Origin: Eledone cirrhosa
Lineage: Eukaryota
DNA length: 64,000 bases
Assembly (NCBI GenBank): GCA_964016885.1
Contig: OZ024745.1
Span: 131,750,001 to 131,814,000 of the forward strand
Direction of reading: 5' to 3'
Position numbers and translations under genes: made by a program. This document shows positions 13,661 to 25,274 of the stretch, piece after piece. The first letter of the stretch is position 1. Every line of letters begins with the position of its first letter. The notes under the pieces are model-generated. The model was not told where the DNA came from and made no database searches. It worked only from the letters and a program-made list of their open reading frames with translations.

Positions 13661-14164
13661 AAAATAAGGGGGAGCGTGTTTAAATAAATACATATAAACA
13701 TGAGTCATCGGCACCGATGTCATATAAATATAAGTATAAATGTGTGTGTGTGTGTGTGGAGTGAGTGTATGTGAATATGTAAATACATATATGTATCTGT
13801 GAGCTTCCATGCATGCAAACACAGAGAGATACAGAGACTTGTAGATATATATACATACACTATATAGTTGGGTAGCAATGTGGGCTTGGGAGCAAATGAA
13901 AGAGAACAAGCTAAACTATAGCATAAATCCATTGTAGGGAGATGAAAGTGACTACATTTGATTTATATCAAGATCCACATAGAAACACACACAACTATAC
14001 ACATATACATGTTTACATACACACAGAAACACATCCATTAAAATACATATTGGAATCATTGATACCCAGAAATACATACTGCAGATCTACATCTATATAG
14101 ATATTTACATTCATAGTGATATATGCATGGAACTTTATAGAAATACACTCTCACCCCACACATA

Positions 14165-14202
<38 letters not shown>

Positions 14203-14414
14203 AGTGTGTATGTGTGTGTGTGTACATATATATATATATACCCTTGTACATGTATCATCATTTTATGTCCCTCTCTATGCTGACATGGGGTGGATGAGAC
14301 CTCATTGTTTGGGAGCAGATGGGTGAAAGTGACCTCATCTTGACCCTATGTTTCATATTAGGCAAGGTTTCTATTGCTGTGTGTCCTTCCTCACATCACT
14401 CACCCTGACAGCAT

Positions 14415-15620
14415 ATTATCATGATACCAGCACTAACACTCTCCAAGGTGTACTGGGTACATTTTATCATGATACCAGCACTAACACTCTCCAGGGTGTA
14501 CTGGGTACATTTTATCATGATACCAGTACTAACACTCTCCGGGGTGTACTGGGTACATTTTATCATGATACCAGTACTAACACTCTCCAGGGTGTACTGG
14601 GTACATTTTATCATGATACCAGCACTAACACTCTCCAGGGTGTACTGGGTACATTTTATCATGATACCAGCACTAACACTCTCCAGGGTGTACTGGGTAC
14701 ATTTTATCATGATACCAGCACTAACACTCTCCAGGGTGTACTGGGTACATTTTATCATGATACCAGTACTAACACTTTCAAGGGTGTACTGGGTACATTT
14801 TATCATGATACCAGCACTAACACTTTCAAGGGTGTACTGGGTACATTTTATTGTGATACTAGCACTAACACTCTCCAGGGTGTACTGGGTACATTTTATC
14901 ATGATACCAGTACTAACACTCTCCAGGGTGTACTGGGTACATTTTATTGTGATACCAGCACTAACACTCTCCAGGGTGTACTGGGTACATTTTATCATGA
15001 TACCAGTACTAACACTTTCAAGGGTGTACTGGGTACATTTTATCATGATACCAGCACTAACACTATCCAGGGTGTACTGGGTACATTTTATCATGATACC
15101 AGCACTAACACTCTCCAGGGTGTACTGGGTACATTTTATCATGATACCAGTACTAACACTCTCCAGGGTGTACTGGGTACATTTTATCATGATACCAGCA
15201 CTAACACTCTCCAGGGTGTACTGGGTACATTTTATTGTGATACCAGCACTAACACTCTCCAGGGTGTACTGGGTATATTTTATCATGATACCAGCACTAA
15301 CACTCTCCAGGGTGTACTGGGTACATTTTATCATGATACCAGTACTAACACTTTCAAGGGTGTACTGGGTACATTTTATCATGATACCAGCACTAACACT
15401 TTCAAGGGTGTACTGGGTACATTTTATCATGATACCAGCACTAACACTCTCCAGGGTGTACTGGGTACATTTTATTTTGACACCAGAACTAACACTTTCA
15501 AGGGTGTACTGGGTACATTTTATCATGATACCAGCACTAACACTTTCAAGGGTGTACTGGGTACATTTTATCATGATACCAGCACTAACACTTTCAAGGG
15601 TGTACTGGGTACATTTTATT
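14415..15620. repeat. 48-bp minisatellite, ~25 copies, expanded inside an RTE-tail element (14250-15620, minus)
   Basis: Unit tttatcatgataccagcactaacactctccagggtgtactgggtacat; preceded by degenerate tail motifs (ggtttcta..., ccttcctcacatcac). Confidence 0.95.
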
Positions 15621-15784
15621 GAGGTGATAGTACAGTATCTAGTTCTATCATTGGTACTGATGTATGTATGCAAATGAGGTGCATTTTATCAGTGTGTGCT
15701 TTGTTACTTTTATTTGATGTGTGTATGTGCATGTTATTTGTGTGTATATATATATATATTTGATTTGTTATTTCTGTTTACTTT

Positions 15785-15823
<39 letters not shown>

Positions 15824-15938
15824 ATATATATAAGATATATATATGAATAGTACAGTTTTAAATCAACATATCAACATATATGTTGATTTAAAACTGCACT
15901 ATTCACAAGTGTTTTTTAACCTTCATATCATGTCTTCC

Positions 15939-16009
15939 TATTTTATCTGATGAAAACACAAATGTTATTGCATGATGATATTTGTTTTTGAAATGCGCAT
16001 AATAAAATA
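15939..16009 (+). ncRNA. Minimal type-I hammerhead ribozyme motif (PLE pseudo-LTR-like)
   Basis: Stem I tattttat/ataaaata, CTGATGA 15947-53, 16-bp imperfect stem II, GAAA 15990-93, stem III t-gcgc-a, AUA triplet ending at 16001. Confidence 0.75.
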
Positions 16010-16157
16010 CATGGAACTCTTTTAACCATCTTTTGATCTTATATATTATGTATACTCCAGTCCTACAAACTGTAGAGTGCTTCTTATCCGATATCTGCAT
16101 TGCTTTATTGTACTACAATAAAACTCACCTCCTACATATATATATATATATATATAT

Positions 16158-16277
16158 ATGAGAAAAGTAAACAGAAATAACAAAGCAAACGACACAGTAC
16201 AATTAAGAAATATATTAATATTTTATGCTTGATATAGTAGGAAAAGAACCTGAACGTTTCAGGCGCTGGTCCTTATC
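16158..16277 (-). mobile_element. PLE pseudo-LTR tail with partial hammerhead (agg..cct GAAAcgttc)
   Basis: Reverse-homologous to 36220-36340 (attgtactgtgtygtttgctttgttatttc). Confidence 0.65.
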
Positions 16278-17045
16278 TCTCTCTATATAAAACAAAAGAT
16301 GTCTGTCTGTGTAAATCCCTAAAACTCGAGAAGTACCTGACCAATTTTTTTTCAAATTGTACACATGCGTTACTTATATTTCTTGAAGTGCAATGGGCTA
16401 AAAACAATTTAACTTTTTCTCCGCTAGGGCCCGCATTAGGCGAAAAACCGTATTTTTTAGGCATTTTTAGGCTTTTTTGAGGCCTAACTTAAAGATAATC
16501 CAGCCGATTTCCTCGAAATTTGCAGCACACATTATTTAGTCCACTCGCATTGCTGTGGATAAAAAAAATTTCCAATTCCATTAATGGTTTCTAGGAAATT
16601 GACGAATTAGCATTGGGCATTACATGCCATTTTCATTTTCAATATAAACGCTACTTAAACATCGTAAGTAGCGTATAATATTTCGTTAAAAATTTGATTT
16701 TAAGCAGGACCATTTTCGGGGATTGAGGAAATGAGGACTTTAAAATTTTTCCCGGCGCCCTGTTGACGCTTCGTGATTTCATCATGCGCAAATCCGGCCC
16801 CTGTGTATGTTATTGTGTTATTGACACCGTAAAACTCACGTCTGTGCTACTTCTACTAAGACTCCTTTTGTTGCACCTATACCGCAGTATGAACGCCCTG
16901 CGCAAGTACGCCAAACAATGGTTGCGCTAATTCTGCGGTGACTCCTTTTGTCGCACCTTTGTTGCTGTGTAAACACTTACTCCTTTCGCATACAGGATTC
17001 CCGCAATCAGCCCACTGACACTGCTACTACTGGATTCGGCTAGCT
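16276..17045 (+). mobile_element. Helitron-like non-autonomous element (3' end uncertain)
   Basis: 5' A|TC-tctctatataaaa...(tgtc)n...gaccaatttt..aaattgtacac pattern typical of invertebrate Helitron 5' ends; CpG-rich body. Confidence 0.55.
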
Positions 17046-17246
17046 GGTGGTTGTGTAGGTGTCACAACAAAATCACCCAGCACAAACAGTAAATGTAATT
17101 GGTGTGAGGAAGAGCGTCCAGCCGTAGAAACCAAGTCTGAAATAGCCCTGTATAAGCAAGACATGGTCACCTAACCGACTTGCCTCAAACGAGACAACCC
17201 GTCTAACCCATGCTAGCATGGAAAATGGACGTTAAATTATGATGAT
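17046..17246 (+). mobile_element. RTE-tail element
   Basis: ggaagagcgtccagccgtagaaa ... ccatgctagcatggaaaatggacgttaaa (tga)n. Confidence 0.85.
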
Positions 17247-17301
17247 ATATATATACATATATATTTATCTGATGAGATAAATATATATATATACATATAT
17301 A

Positions 17302-17366
17302 TTTATCTGATGAGAACGCAAATATCATCCCATGATGATATTTGTTTTTGAAATGCGCATAATAAA
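17302..17366 (+). ncRNA. Minimal type-I hammerhead ribozyme motif, second copy
   Basis: tttat-CTGATGA(17307-13)-stem II-GAAA(17350-53)-tgcgca-TA-ataaa; downstream ~75 nt identical to 15971-16045. Confidence 0.7.
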
Positions 17367-17757
17367 ATACATGGAACTCTTTTAACCATCTTTTGATCTT
17401 ATATTATATACATATATACATATATATATGGTGGCTGCCAACTCGTTTTCGAGTACGGCCACTACTTTATATCCATGTAGGAGAACCCCTACCGAAGCGC
17501 TGAACGAGTGTGACTTTTTAGTCCAGCCAGCGACTTGAAACCTCTGGTACAAACACAACACTTGTGACAATTATTGACACATAGTGCTGGGCCCATGGTA
17601 CCATGTGAGGACAAGTGCAGAGAGATCTCCAGATATAAAGCAATGCCTGTGCCGTGAAGCTTTTATAGTGAGCAAAGGCACTGCACAAAGCCAGTCCCAC
17701 TCTCTTAACCAACATGATATTTACCAAAAAGAAGAACAAGTCAACATCATTGGATAC

Positions 17758-18037
17758 CATCAGGGTTGCAGGTGTTATATCAGAGTTTTCCTTCTCCTAG
17801 AATTCTGCCTTGATAAAGGCTAAGGGGTCATCTCTCCCGGTGATTTTGGATGGCCATTGACTCTTAAGAGCTCCTTTGCCCTTTGACAGGTTTTGTTTTT
17901 AGTCCTGCAGGATGTCCAAGGTCACCCTCCTCACCAAGAAACCTTGGTGGGGTTGCCAGTTTAGTCGCCAACGACCCGACCATGAGACAGGTTGTACTGG
18001 GATACATGTTACCAGTAGCACCAACTGGTGACCTGAC
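17758..18037 (-). mobile_element. RTE-type 5'UTR-like fragment
   Basis: Minus strand carries tctaggagaaggaaaactctg, a motif I associate with RTE 5' regions. Confidence 0.45.
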
Positions 18038-18173
18038 ATAACATATATATATATACATATATATATATACATATATATATATATTTATGTGTGTTTGCTT
18101 ATAGCCGGACTTCTATCATCATGTTCCAAACTATGGCGAGCATATCAAAAACCAAAAACATTACACCTGAATA

Positions 18174-18244
18174 CTTGTCTGATGACAATACATCAAAGGG
18201 ATATTATGCAATCATGTTGGTGTCTTTGAAATGCGCATTACAGG
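18174..18244 (+). ncRNA. Minimal type-I hammerhead ribozyme motif, divergent copy
   Basis: cttgt-CTGATGA(18179-85)-imperfect stem II-GAAA(18228-31)-tgcgca-TT-acagg. Confidence 0.6.
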
Positions 18245-18418
18245 ATTATATAATATCAGTCGATGTATACATAAAATTGTTTCTCTTTATAGTATACACA
18301 CATATACACACATGTGAATATATAATCACATACATATATATATATGTGTGTGTAGTTATATATACTCAGTCTTTTTCTCTAACTCATTCATATACTACAT
18401 GTATATATACATATATAT

Positions 18419-18451
<33 letters not shown>

Positions 18452-19082
18452 CACCTTATATTTTCGTGAATTGCTTGAGCAAGTTCCTTTTTACAGCTGG
18501 ATACCCTGGCTGATGGTAGCCATTCAACTGTAAAGTGGGATGAGTGCCTACTTTATATACACGTCCATACATAAATAAACATGTGTACACACATGCTTAC
18601 ACATCTATATAAATAGATATATGCATACATACATGCATACATACATACATACACCGGCTTAAGTACATACACAAACACATACATACATACATACATACAT
18701 ACACAGGTGTAAGTACATACACACATAGACGTAAGTACATACACACACATACATACATGCGTACATACATACACAGACTTAAGTACATACACAAACACAT
18801 ACATACATACACACACAGGCAAAAGTACATACATACACATACATGTGCATTTGTAAAAGAATATGTAACAATAACACCTGTATTCTGAAACCATGTTTTG
18901 TATGTAATACGTATTCTCCAAAAATCTATATCGCTATATCTCTCACAACATACCAATATACAAAAGAAGAGTTATAAAATATAAATTTTGTGAATATTTT
19001 CTGGAAGGAAATACTTTGGAGTGGAGAACAAGAATCTGTTATTTGTTATATTTAGTTGAGCAATAAAACTAGTCTTGAAAAT

Positions 19083-19332
19083 AATGGTTTCTGATTTAGG
19101 CACAAGGCCAGCAATTTGGGGACAGGGGAAAGTTGATTAAATCAACCTTAGTACGTTACTGGTACTTTATTTTACCGACCCCGTAAGGATGAAAGGCAAA
19201 GCTAACCTCGGAGAAAGGCAACATGAAATAAAATATTTTGCTCAAGAATACAATGTACTGGCCGGTCTGGGATTCAAACACACAACCTTATGCGTGTTAG
19301 CTGAACGCTCTAACCACTAAGCCACATGCCTT
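19083..19332 (-). mobile_element. Fused SINE: family B head (19215-19332) joined to family A 3' half (19083-19212)
   Basis: ctctaaccactaagccacatgcc head; gtactttattttaccgaccccgtaaggatgaaaggc body. Confidence 0.7.
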
Positions 19333-19505
19333 CACTAGGACTACATTATTGATTAGTTTCTTTTGTTTATAATGAGTGTGATTGAAGATAAATTTGGTTG
19401 TTATTTCTAGCATGTAGGGGACCACTAGTTTGTTTATAAAAAGACTAAAGCCAACACCCAAAAGCAGATAATATGCTTTTATATCCACATAGATATTACA
19501 CTTAA

Positions 19506-19700
19506 CCCTTTAGTTACCCAGCCAGAACTGGCTCTGAAATAAAACCACCCATTTTAAAGGTTTCTAATTAAAATTTTCCAACATAATTCTATATAAGAAC
19601 CTGACATTAAGTTACTATCTTAATAATTAATAATTTTACTAAATCCCCACCAAATTCTTCATTGATTATTGAAACAGTGTGTATTATGGTGATAAAAGGG
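19506..19700. mobile_element. piggyBac-like MITE
   Basis: TTAA|cccttt ... aaaggg|TTAA; reverse-homologous to 58573-59044. Confidence 0.75.
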
Positions 19701-19843
19701 TTAAAATTCTGTAGAAAATGCAGAGATGAGATAGAAAAGCAGCAATAGTAGTGTGTCCTATAACAACAGCAGATTATATGGCTTCTATTGGGCTTTGATC
19801 CCTGAAACATACTCAGCTCTAAAAAGAAACATTTGATCTTTAA

Positions 19844-20263
19844 CCCTTTTGATACCAAACTGTCTGAATCTGTCCATTTTAAAGAGTCTATATTTATCTA
19901 AAAACTGTTCATTATAATTTCATATAGGAACGGTGGATTGGCAGTATCGGTAGAGGGTCGGACGCCATGCTTTCAGCATAGTTACGTCCCTTTACGATCT
20001 GAGTTCAAATCCCGCCGAGGTTGACTTTGCCTTTCATCCTTACGGGGTCGATAAAATAAAGTACCAGTAATGCACTGGGTAATTGCTGGCCTTGTGCCTA
20101 AAGTAGAAACAATTATAATTTCATATAGGAACCTTTGTTAAGTTATGTTCCACACACAAGCTTAATGACGTGAATTACTAAATCCTTTCAAATTCTCAAT
20201 TATTTTCTAAATGATTTGAAAACCATAGGCAGTGTCTTTTATTAGAAATATGATAACAAAAGG
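19844..20263. mobile_element. piggyBac-like MITE interrupted by a SINE
   Basis: TTAA|cccttttgatacca ... tgataacaaaaggg|TTAA. Confidence 0.7.
19932..20111 (+). mobile_element. tRNA-derived SINE family A, full length with TSD
   Basis: A-box-like tggcagtatcgg, B-box gagttcaaatccc, gcctttcatccttacggggtcgataaaataaagtaccag domain; 21-bp direct repeats at 19911-19931 and 20112-20132. Confidence 0.9.
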
Positions 20264-20403
20264 GTTAAAACAAGTATTTAACCGTTTTGATATCAATCCG
20301 ACAGAAACTGGCCTGGATTTATGATCCAGTGTGGCTCATGATAAAATGTTTATCCTTATATTAAAAATGTTCATCATAATTATTTTTTAGACATATTTCT
20401 TAA

Positions 20404-20600
20404 CCCTTTAGCATTTAAACTGGCCATATCTGGCCAGAATTTACCTCTTTCTATTCAAACCAGCCACTCATACTGACGTTAAGGTATTGTTCACAAATAA
20501 ATAATATAAAAATCTTGTAGATTCGATATTTTGTGAGATAATTATGTAACCGTTAATTATGTTACTGTGAAAATACAATAGTAAATATAGAGTAATGGAA
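20404..20600. mobile_element. piggyBac-like MITE (one end clear)
   Basis: TTAA|ccctttagcattta; homologous to 47216-47434. Confidence 0.65.
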
Positions 20601-21119
20601 ATAGTTAAGTGTGGAGTAATAGTCTAAATATCAGCTTACTAATGAGAAACTTAGTTATTTTAATAATTTCTCCAAATTTTTGGATATTTTCAAAATCAAT
20701 TGAAACATAATAAGCAGTTTATTTCATTAAAAAGTGGCAATGGAAGTATTAAGCATGTAGATATTTCTGTATTCAGTTGAAATATATAAGAGAAAAGTTG
20801 TAGTAGATTTCAACTGATGATGTATGTTGATCCAATACCTACATAGGTCTCTCTACTGATGATGTATGTTGGTAGTTAAGGCTGGATTTAATGGCGGGGG
20901 AGGGGGGCAATTTCCTTGGGCCTCCTGCAGTGGGAGGTACCATCAGTGATAACTGTAGCAATCTATTTGTGTCCTTGGCTCGGCTTTTTAGTTTAGGATA
21001 GTTAGCATTTTTTAATCTAATAACTGCTTTTCAATTCCAATTACTTGCACCAAGCTAACTTTGATATGTGAAATTAGGGGGTTTGCTGTGTATTCTAATT
21101 GTTTACATACACAGCACAT

Positions 21120-21460
21120 GGAGGCACATGGCTTAGTGGTTAGAGCATTGGCCTTGCAATCGAAAGGTTGTGAGTTCAATTCTCGGACCGGGTGATGTGT
21201 TGTTTCCTTGAGCAAGACACTTTATTTCACATTGCTCCAGTTTACTCAGCTGTAGAAAAGAGATGATAGGGACTGGGGTTCATATCATTCCACTGTAAAG
21301 TGGTCGTGGAGGTGCCACGGCAAAAAAGCACCCAGCACTCACTGTAAATGAGGTTGGTGTTAGGAAGGGCATCCAGCTGTAGAAATCAAGCCAGAATCAG
21401 TTCCCGTCCCACCCTTGCAAGCAGGGAAAAGCGGACGTAAAATGATGATGATGATGATGA
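21120..21460 (+). mobile_element. tRNA-derived SINE family B (CORE-like + RTE tail), full length
   Basis: A-box tggcttagtgg, B-box gagttcaattc, ccttgagcaagacactt, then ggaagggcatccagctgtagaaa and (gat)n tail. Confidence 0.9.
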
Positions 21461-21584
21461 TACACATATATATATTTATAGATATACATATTTACATACA
21501 CACACATATATATTTATAGATATACATACTTATATTTACATACACACACATATATTTATAAATATATGTGTGTGTATGTAACTA

Positions 21585-21805
21585 GTGTAGGTGTGTAGGC
21601 ACCACGGAAAAAGCACCCAGCACTCACTGTAAATGAGGTTGTTGTTAGGAAGGGCATCCAGCTGTAGAAATCAAACCAGAATCAGTTCCTGTATGAGCAA
21701 AGCATGGTCAGCCGACCAGACACTGCCCACAACAGGACAACCCGTCTAACCCATGCTAGCATGGAAGAATGGACGTAAAACGGTGATGATGATGATGATG
21801 ATGAT
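21585..21805 (+). mobile_element. RTE-tail element
   Basis: Near-identical to 36965-37172. Confidence 0.85.
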
Positions 21806-21849
21806 ACATATTTACACATACATATATAAATATATATTTATAAATATAC

Positions 21850-22198
21850 ATAGCATAAACGAACTAAGGAAAAAATTAGAAATAAGAGGGATCAGATGTT
21901 GTTTACTCGAGAGAAAGCTACGTTGGTACGGTCACGTGATGCGCATGAAAGACGACAGCTGTATAACAAAGTGCAGGGCAATAAAGATAGACGGTAGCCA
22001 CGGAGTAGGCAGACCCAGAAAAACATGGGACGAGCTGATAAATTCCGACCTCACACGCTTACACCTCTCCAAGACAATGTCACTGGACCGAGACCTTTGG
22101 CGGTACTCAGTAATAGAGAAGACCCGCCTTACCTAAATACCAAGTAAAAACCTACTACAGTCAGTAGGCATCTCTATCAACCCCCCCCCCCTCTCCGT

Positions 22199-22231
<33 letters not shown>

Positions 22232-22666
22232 CCCCCGTCCCACCACCTCCACCCCATCCACACCGCCCCTTTCAATGTAAAGTTATGTTGGTCCCACAAC
22301 ATCCAGGCCGAAACAAATGAGATCGTGTAGGTGTCACGACAAAAAAACACACAGTCCACGCTGTAAATGTGGCCGTGTAGGCAACACGGTGAAAACCTCC
22401 CAGCCCCACACTGTAAATGTGGTTGGTGTTAGGAAGGGCATCCAGCTGTAGAAAACCCGCCAGACAGTCCACGCTGTAATGTGGCCGTGTAGGCAACACG
22501 GTAAAAACCTCCCAGCCCCACACTGTAAATGTGGTTGGTGTTAGGAAGGGCATCCAACTGTAGAAAACCCGCCAGACAGTCCTATGCGAGCAAGACAACC
22601 ACTCTTGCCTCAAGTGGGAAAACCCCCGTCCAAACCCATGCAAGCGTGGAACACGGACGCTAAACC

Positions 22667-22699
<33 letters not shown>

Positions 22700-22700
22700 C
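21850..22700 (+). mobile_element. RTE LINE 3' fragment (ORF end + 3'UTR + tail)
   Basis: ELRKKLEIRGI...LRWYGHVMRM...GRPRKTW...DRDLWR, stop at 22134-36; same family as 28617-31710. Confidence 0.92.
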
Positions 22701-23264
22701 ATGCTTGTATTTACACACACACATACACATATATATATTTATAGATATACATATCTATATTTACACACATATATATATATTATTTTACTTGTTTTAGTCA
22801 GTACACTGCAGATATGCTGGAGCACAACTGTAAAACATTACACACACATACACCCCCCCCCCCCCCCCACACACACATATATATATCAATATGTAATATA
22901 GAGAAATACTGGAGGTATGTTAGCTTCGCTACAAACTATCAATTTAGTAACATCTACTTTACTATATAAAGTTGAAAGCACCAATTTGGATGAAAACATT
23001 AGTATTATATTTAGTATTGACCTTTCTTAGCCAAGAAAAATCTTCCTGCCAGCAAACTTTTGATATTATAAATTGATATAAATATAATTCAATAAGTATA
23101 ATGAAAGTAAGACCATAGATAAGTTGGTGTTAAAATGTTAAATATTACGTATGAAAGTCATTTATAACATAGCTACTTTCTTAATAAAAGGCACTCAATA
23201 CAAGTGTGAGAGTGACGTCCGAATGAGTATCCTCCACTACCAACTAACATACCCTCCACCTCTG

Positions 23265-23492
23265 GGTTCTAGATGACAGGATTGTGAATACATTGCTCTG
23301 AAGGACGGTGAAGGAGATACACTGGAACAGCCACTCCACCTTGCACGCAGCCAACTCCGATGTTGTGTGAGGGCCAAGAAAGCTGGAAGTCTCCACTACT
23401 CTCTCTGTTAGAGAGTGGCTGATACTTAAACAGTTTGTCCTCTTCAGCTTGGTGAACAGCAGAGCCTGGGCTGGTAGCAGAATGCACCAGCT
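23265..23492 (-). pseudogene. CRE-like (RLE-type) non-LTR retrotransposon C-terminal remnant
   Basis: Translates GSAVHQAEEDKLFKY..L, then in another frame VEWLFQCISFTVLQSN; resembles the AE..K..KY / FQRISxAxQRGN motifs. Confidence 0.6.
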
Positions 23493-23794
23493 AACTTATA
23501 TAAGTATATGTAAGTGATGGCGTGTATAAGATTTAACAAATTAATTAGAAAATTCAGTAACATAGGGAGGGTGGGTGGAAAATTGGTAATTTTTCTAGGT
23601 TGTCTCCATTGTTTTAAAAACCAGAATTAGTCATTTAGTTTACATATTGAGACCCCACCTCATCCTATTTATTTTATAATGTATGGGTTTTCTAGTAATG
23701 TATTTTTTACCTTGTGTGTTATTTTAATGTCTTAGAAAAATAATTGTCGCAGGAATGCTACTACTTAAAATAAAATTTTGCCAGAGATAGATTA

Positions 23795-23885
23795 GCAAAA
23801 TTTAATAAGCGGGGCTTGGAATAAGTGCAGGGGTGGAAAAAATCTGAAAAATTAATAAGCAATGAATATTGGAGGGCTGAGAGTA
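23795..23885. mobile_element. Possible pogo/mariner-type MITE end
   Basis: aataagcg...aataagtg...aataagc repeats ending gagag|ta. Confidence 0.35.
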
Positions 23886-23932
23886 GTTTGAAAGGGCACT
23901 CCTGAAGACCGTATCATTATGAACTTTTATCA

Positions 23933-24092
23933 GGTGGATTGGCAGTATCGGTGGAGGGTCGGACGCCTTTACGATCTGAGTTCAAATCCCGCCGAGGTTA
24001 ACTTTGCCTTTCATCCTTTCGGGGTCGATAAAATAAAGTACCAGTAATGCACTGGGTAATTGCTGGCCTTGTGCCTAAAGTAGAAACAATTA
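23933..24092 (+). mobile_element. SINE family A with an internal deletion in the head
   Basis: Near-identical to 19932-20111 except for the missing segment after ggacgcc. Confidence 0.88.
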
Positions 24093-25274
24093 TGACATTT
24101 CTCAGCTTCTCAGCTATCCTTCTCCAGTTTATAACTACAGTTGAAATCTATATTTGAACTTCAAATTGAAGCTTTTAAAACAAATATCAATCTTACAGTG
24201 CTGAAACTGTGAATTGTTCCAAGCCTGTGATACCAACTTATAGGCTGTATATGCATTTCAGTGAGATGTCTTAACAATAAAGACCAATGTTGGTAACAAG
24301 GTTATAATTAGCTGGCTCCTTTGTTGGTTGTTTTGTTTCCTACCAGCTTTACCATTCTCAATTTGTTATTACTCTCTTTCCAAAATTGAAAAATATTGAA
24401 GAAATGCATGTATATGTATCCAAAGCCACAGTTATGCTGCATCCTTTTCAATATGAAAAACATTCTAGTAAAAGAATATTTTCACAGTGGCTTCTTTCAC
24501 TGTCTGATGCTTAAATACACACATTTGATGGGTTTTTGTTGTTTTTTGGCACTAAGCTATTTATAGAACAAACTCCTATATGTTATAGTGGGGTCCATCT
24601 CTGCAAGCTGCAGGTAACAGAGAGCCCAAACACCTGTTACCTTTAATAATACAGTTCATTGAACTCCACATTAAGCTCATACTTCAAATTGGGCCATTAT
24701 TCACAAAACTAGCACATAGAGCAACCAGTTTGAGGCTGCCTTGTTAGCTCATTCTAGCCTTAAGCGGTATAGTCCTCAACTGCAATGGCAATACTCTAGA
24801 ATAGACGTTTTATTGGATTATAATTCTGATTTTTGTTCTTTGAATAGTAAATGCTACCTGGATTAAATCAGTATCTTGTCTTGAGAAAGATTTATCTCTC
24901 ATCTGCTTAAAACTGGAGTTGAGTACCAGCCCCCATGTGATTTTGAAAGGATTAATTTTTAAAGAAAAGGATTAGTTTTTAAAGAATGTTCTGGAATTAT
25001 CATGACAGAAAATCTGTCTTAGAAAGATTTAATGAAAGAATGAAGGAGAAGTAAATGAATGTTCCCAGGGAACTCCAAAGAATGGCAGATATACATTTCT
25101 AGATAATGACGGAACTGAATTAGCATAAACACACAATGTACACATACATGCAGCTACACATACATGCAGATACATATGTACACATACCTTCACAGCAAAG
25201 TCAGAATCTGTATATCACTATATCACGCACTCCATTGTGTAGTTGACATAAAACATTGCTTCATATACACACCA

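Noticed and set aside
12903-13909. Y/I/C/V-rich ORFs (also near 27000, 28300, 42000, 48350, 54500)
   Set aside because: (TA)n/(CA)n microsatellite translations.
14348-15677. Three >400-aa repeat ORFs
   Set aside because: Consequence of a stop-free 48-bp minisatellite derived from a TE.
21120-21195. tRNA gene
   Set aside because: Has A/B boxes but no proper acceptor stem, and runs into SINE body and tail; multi-copy.
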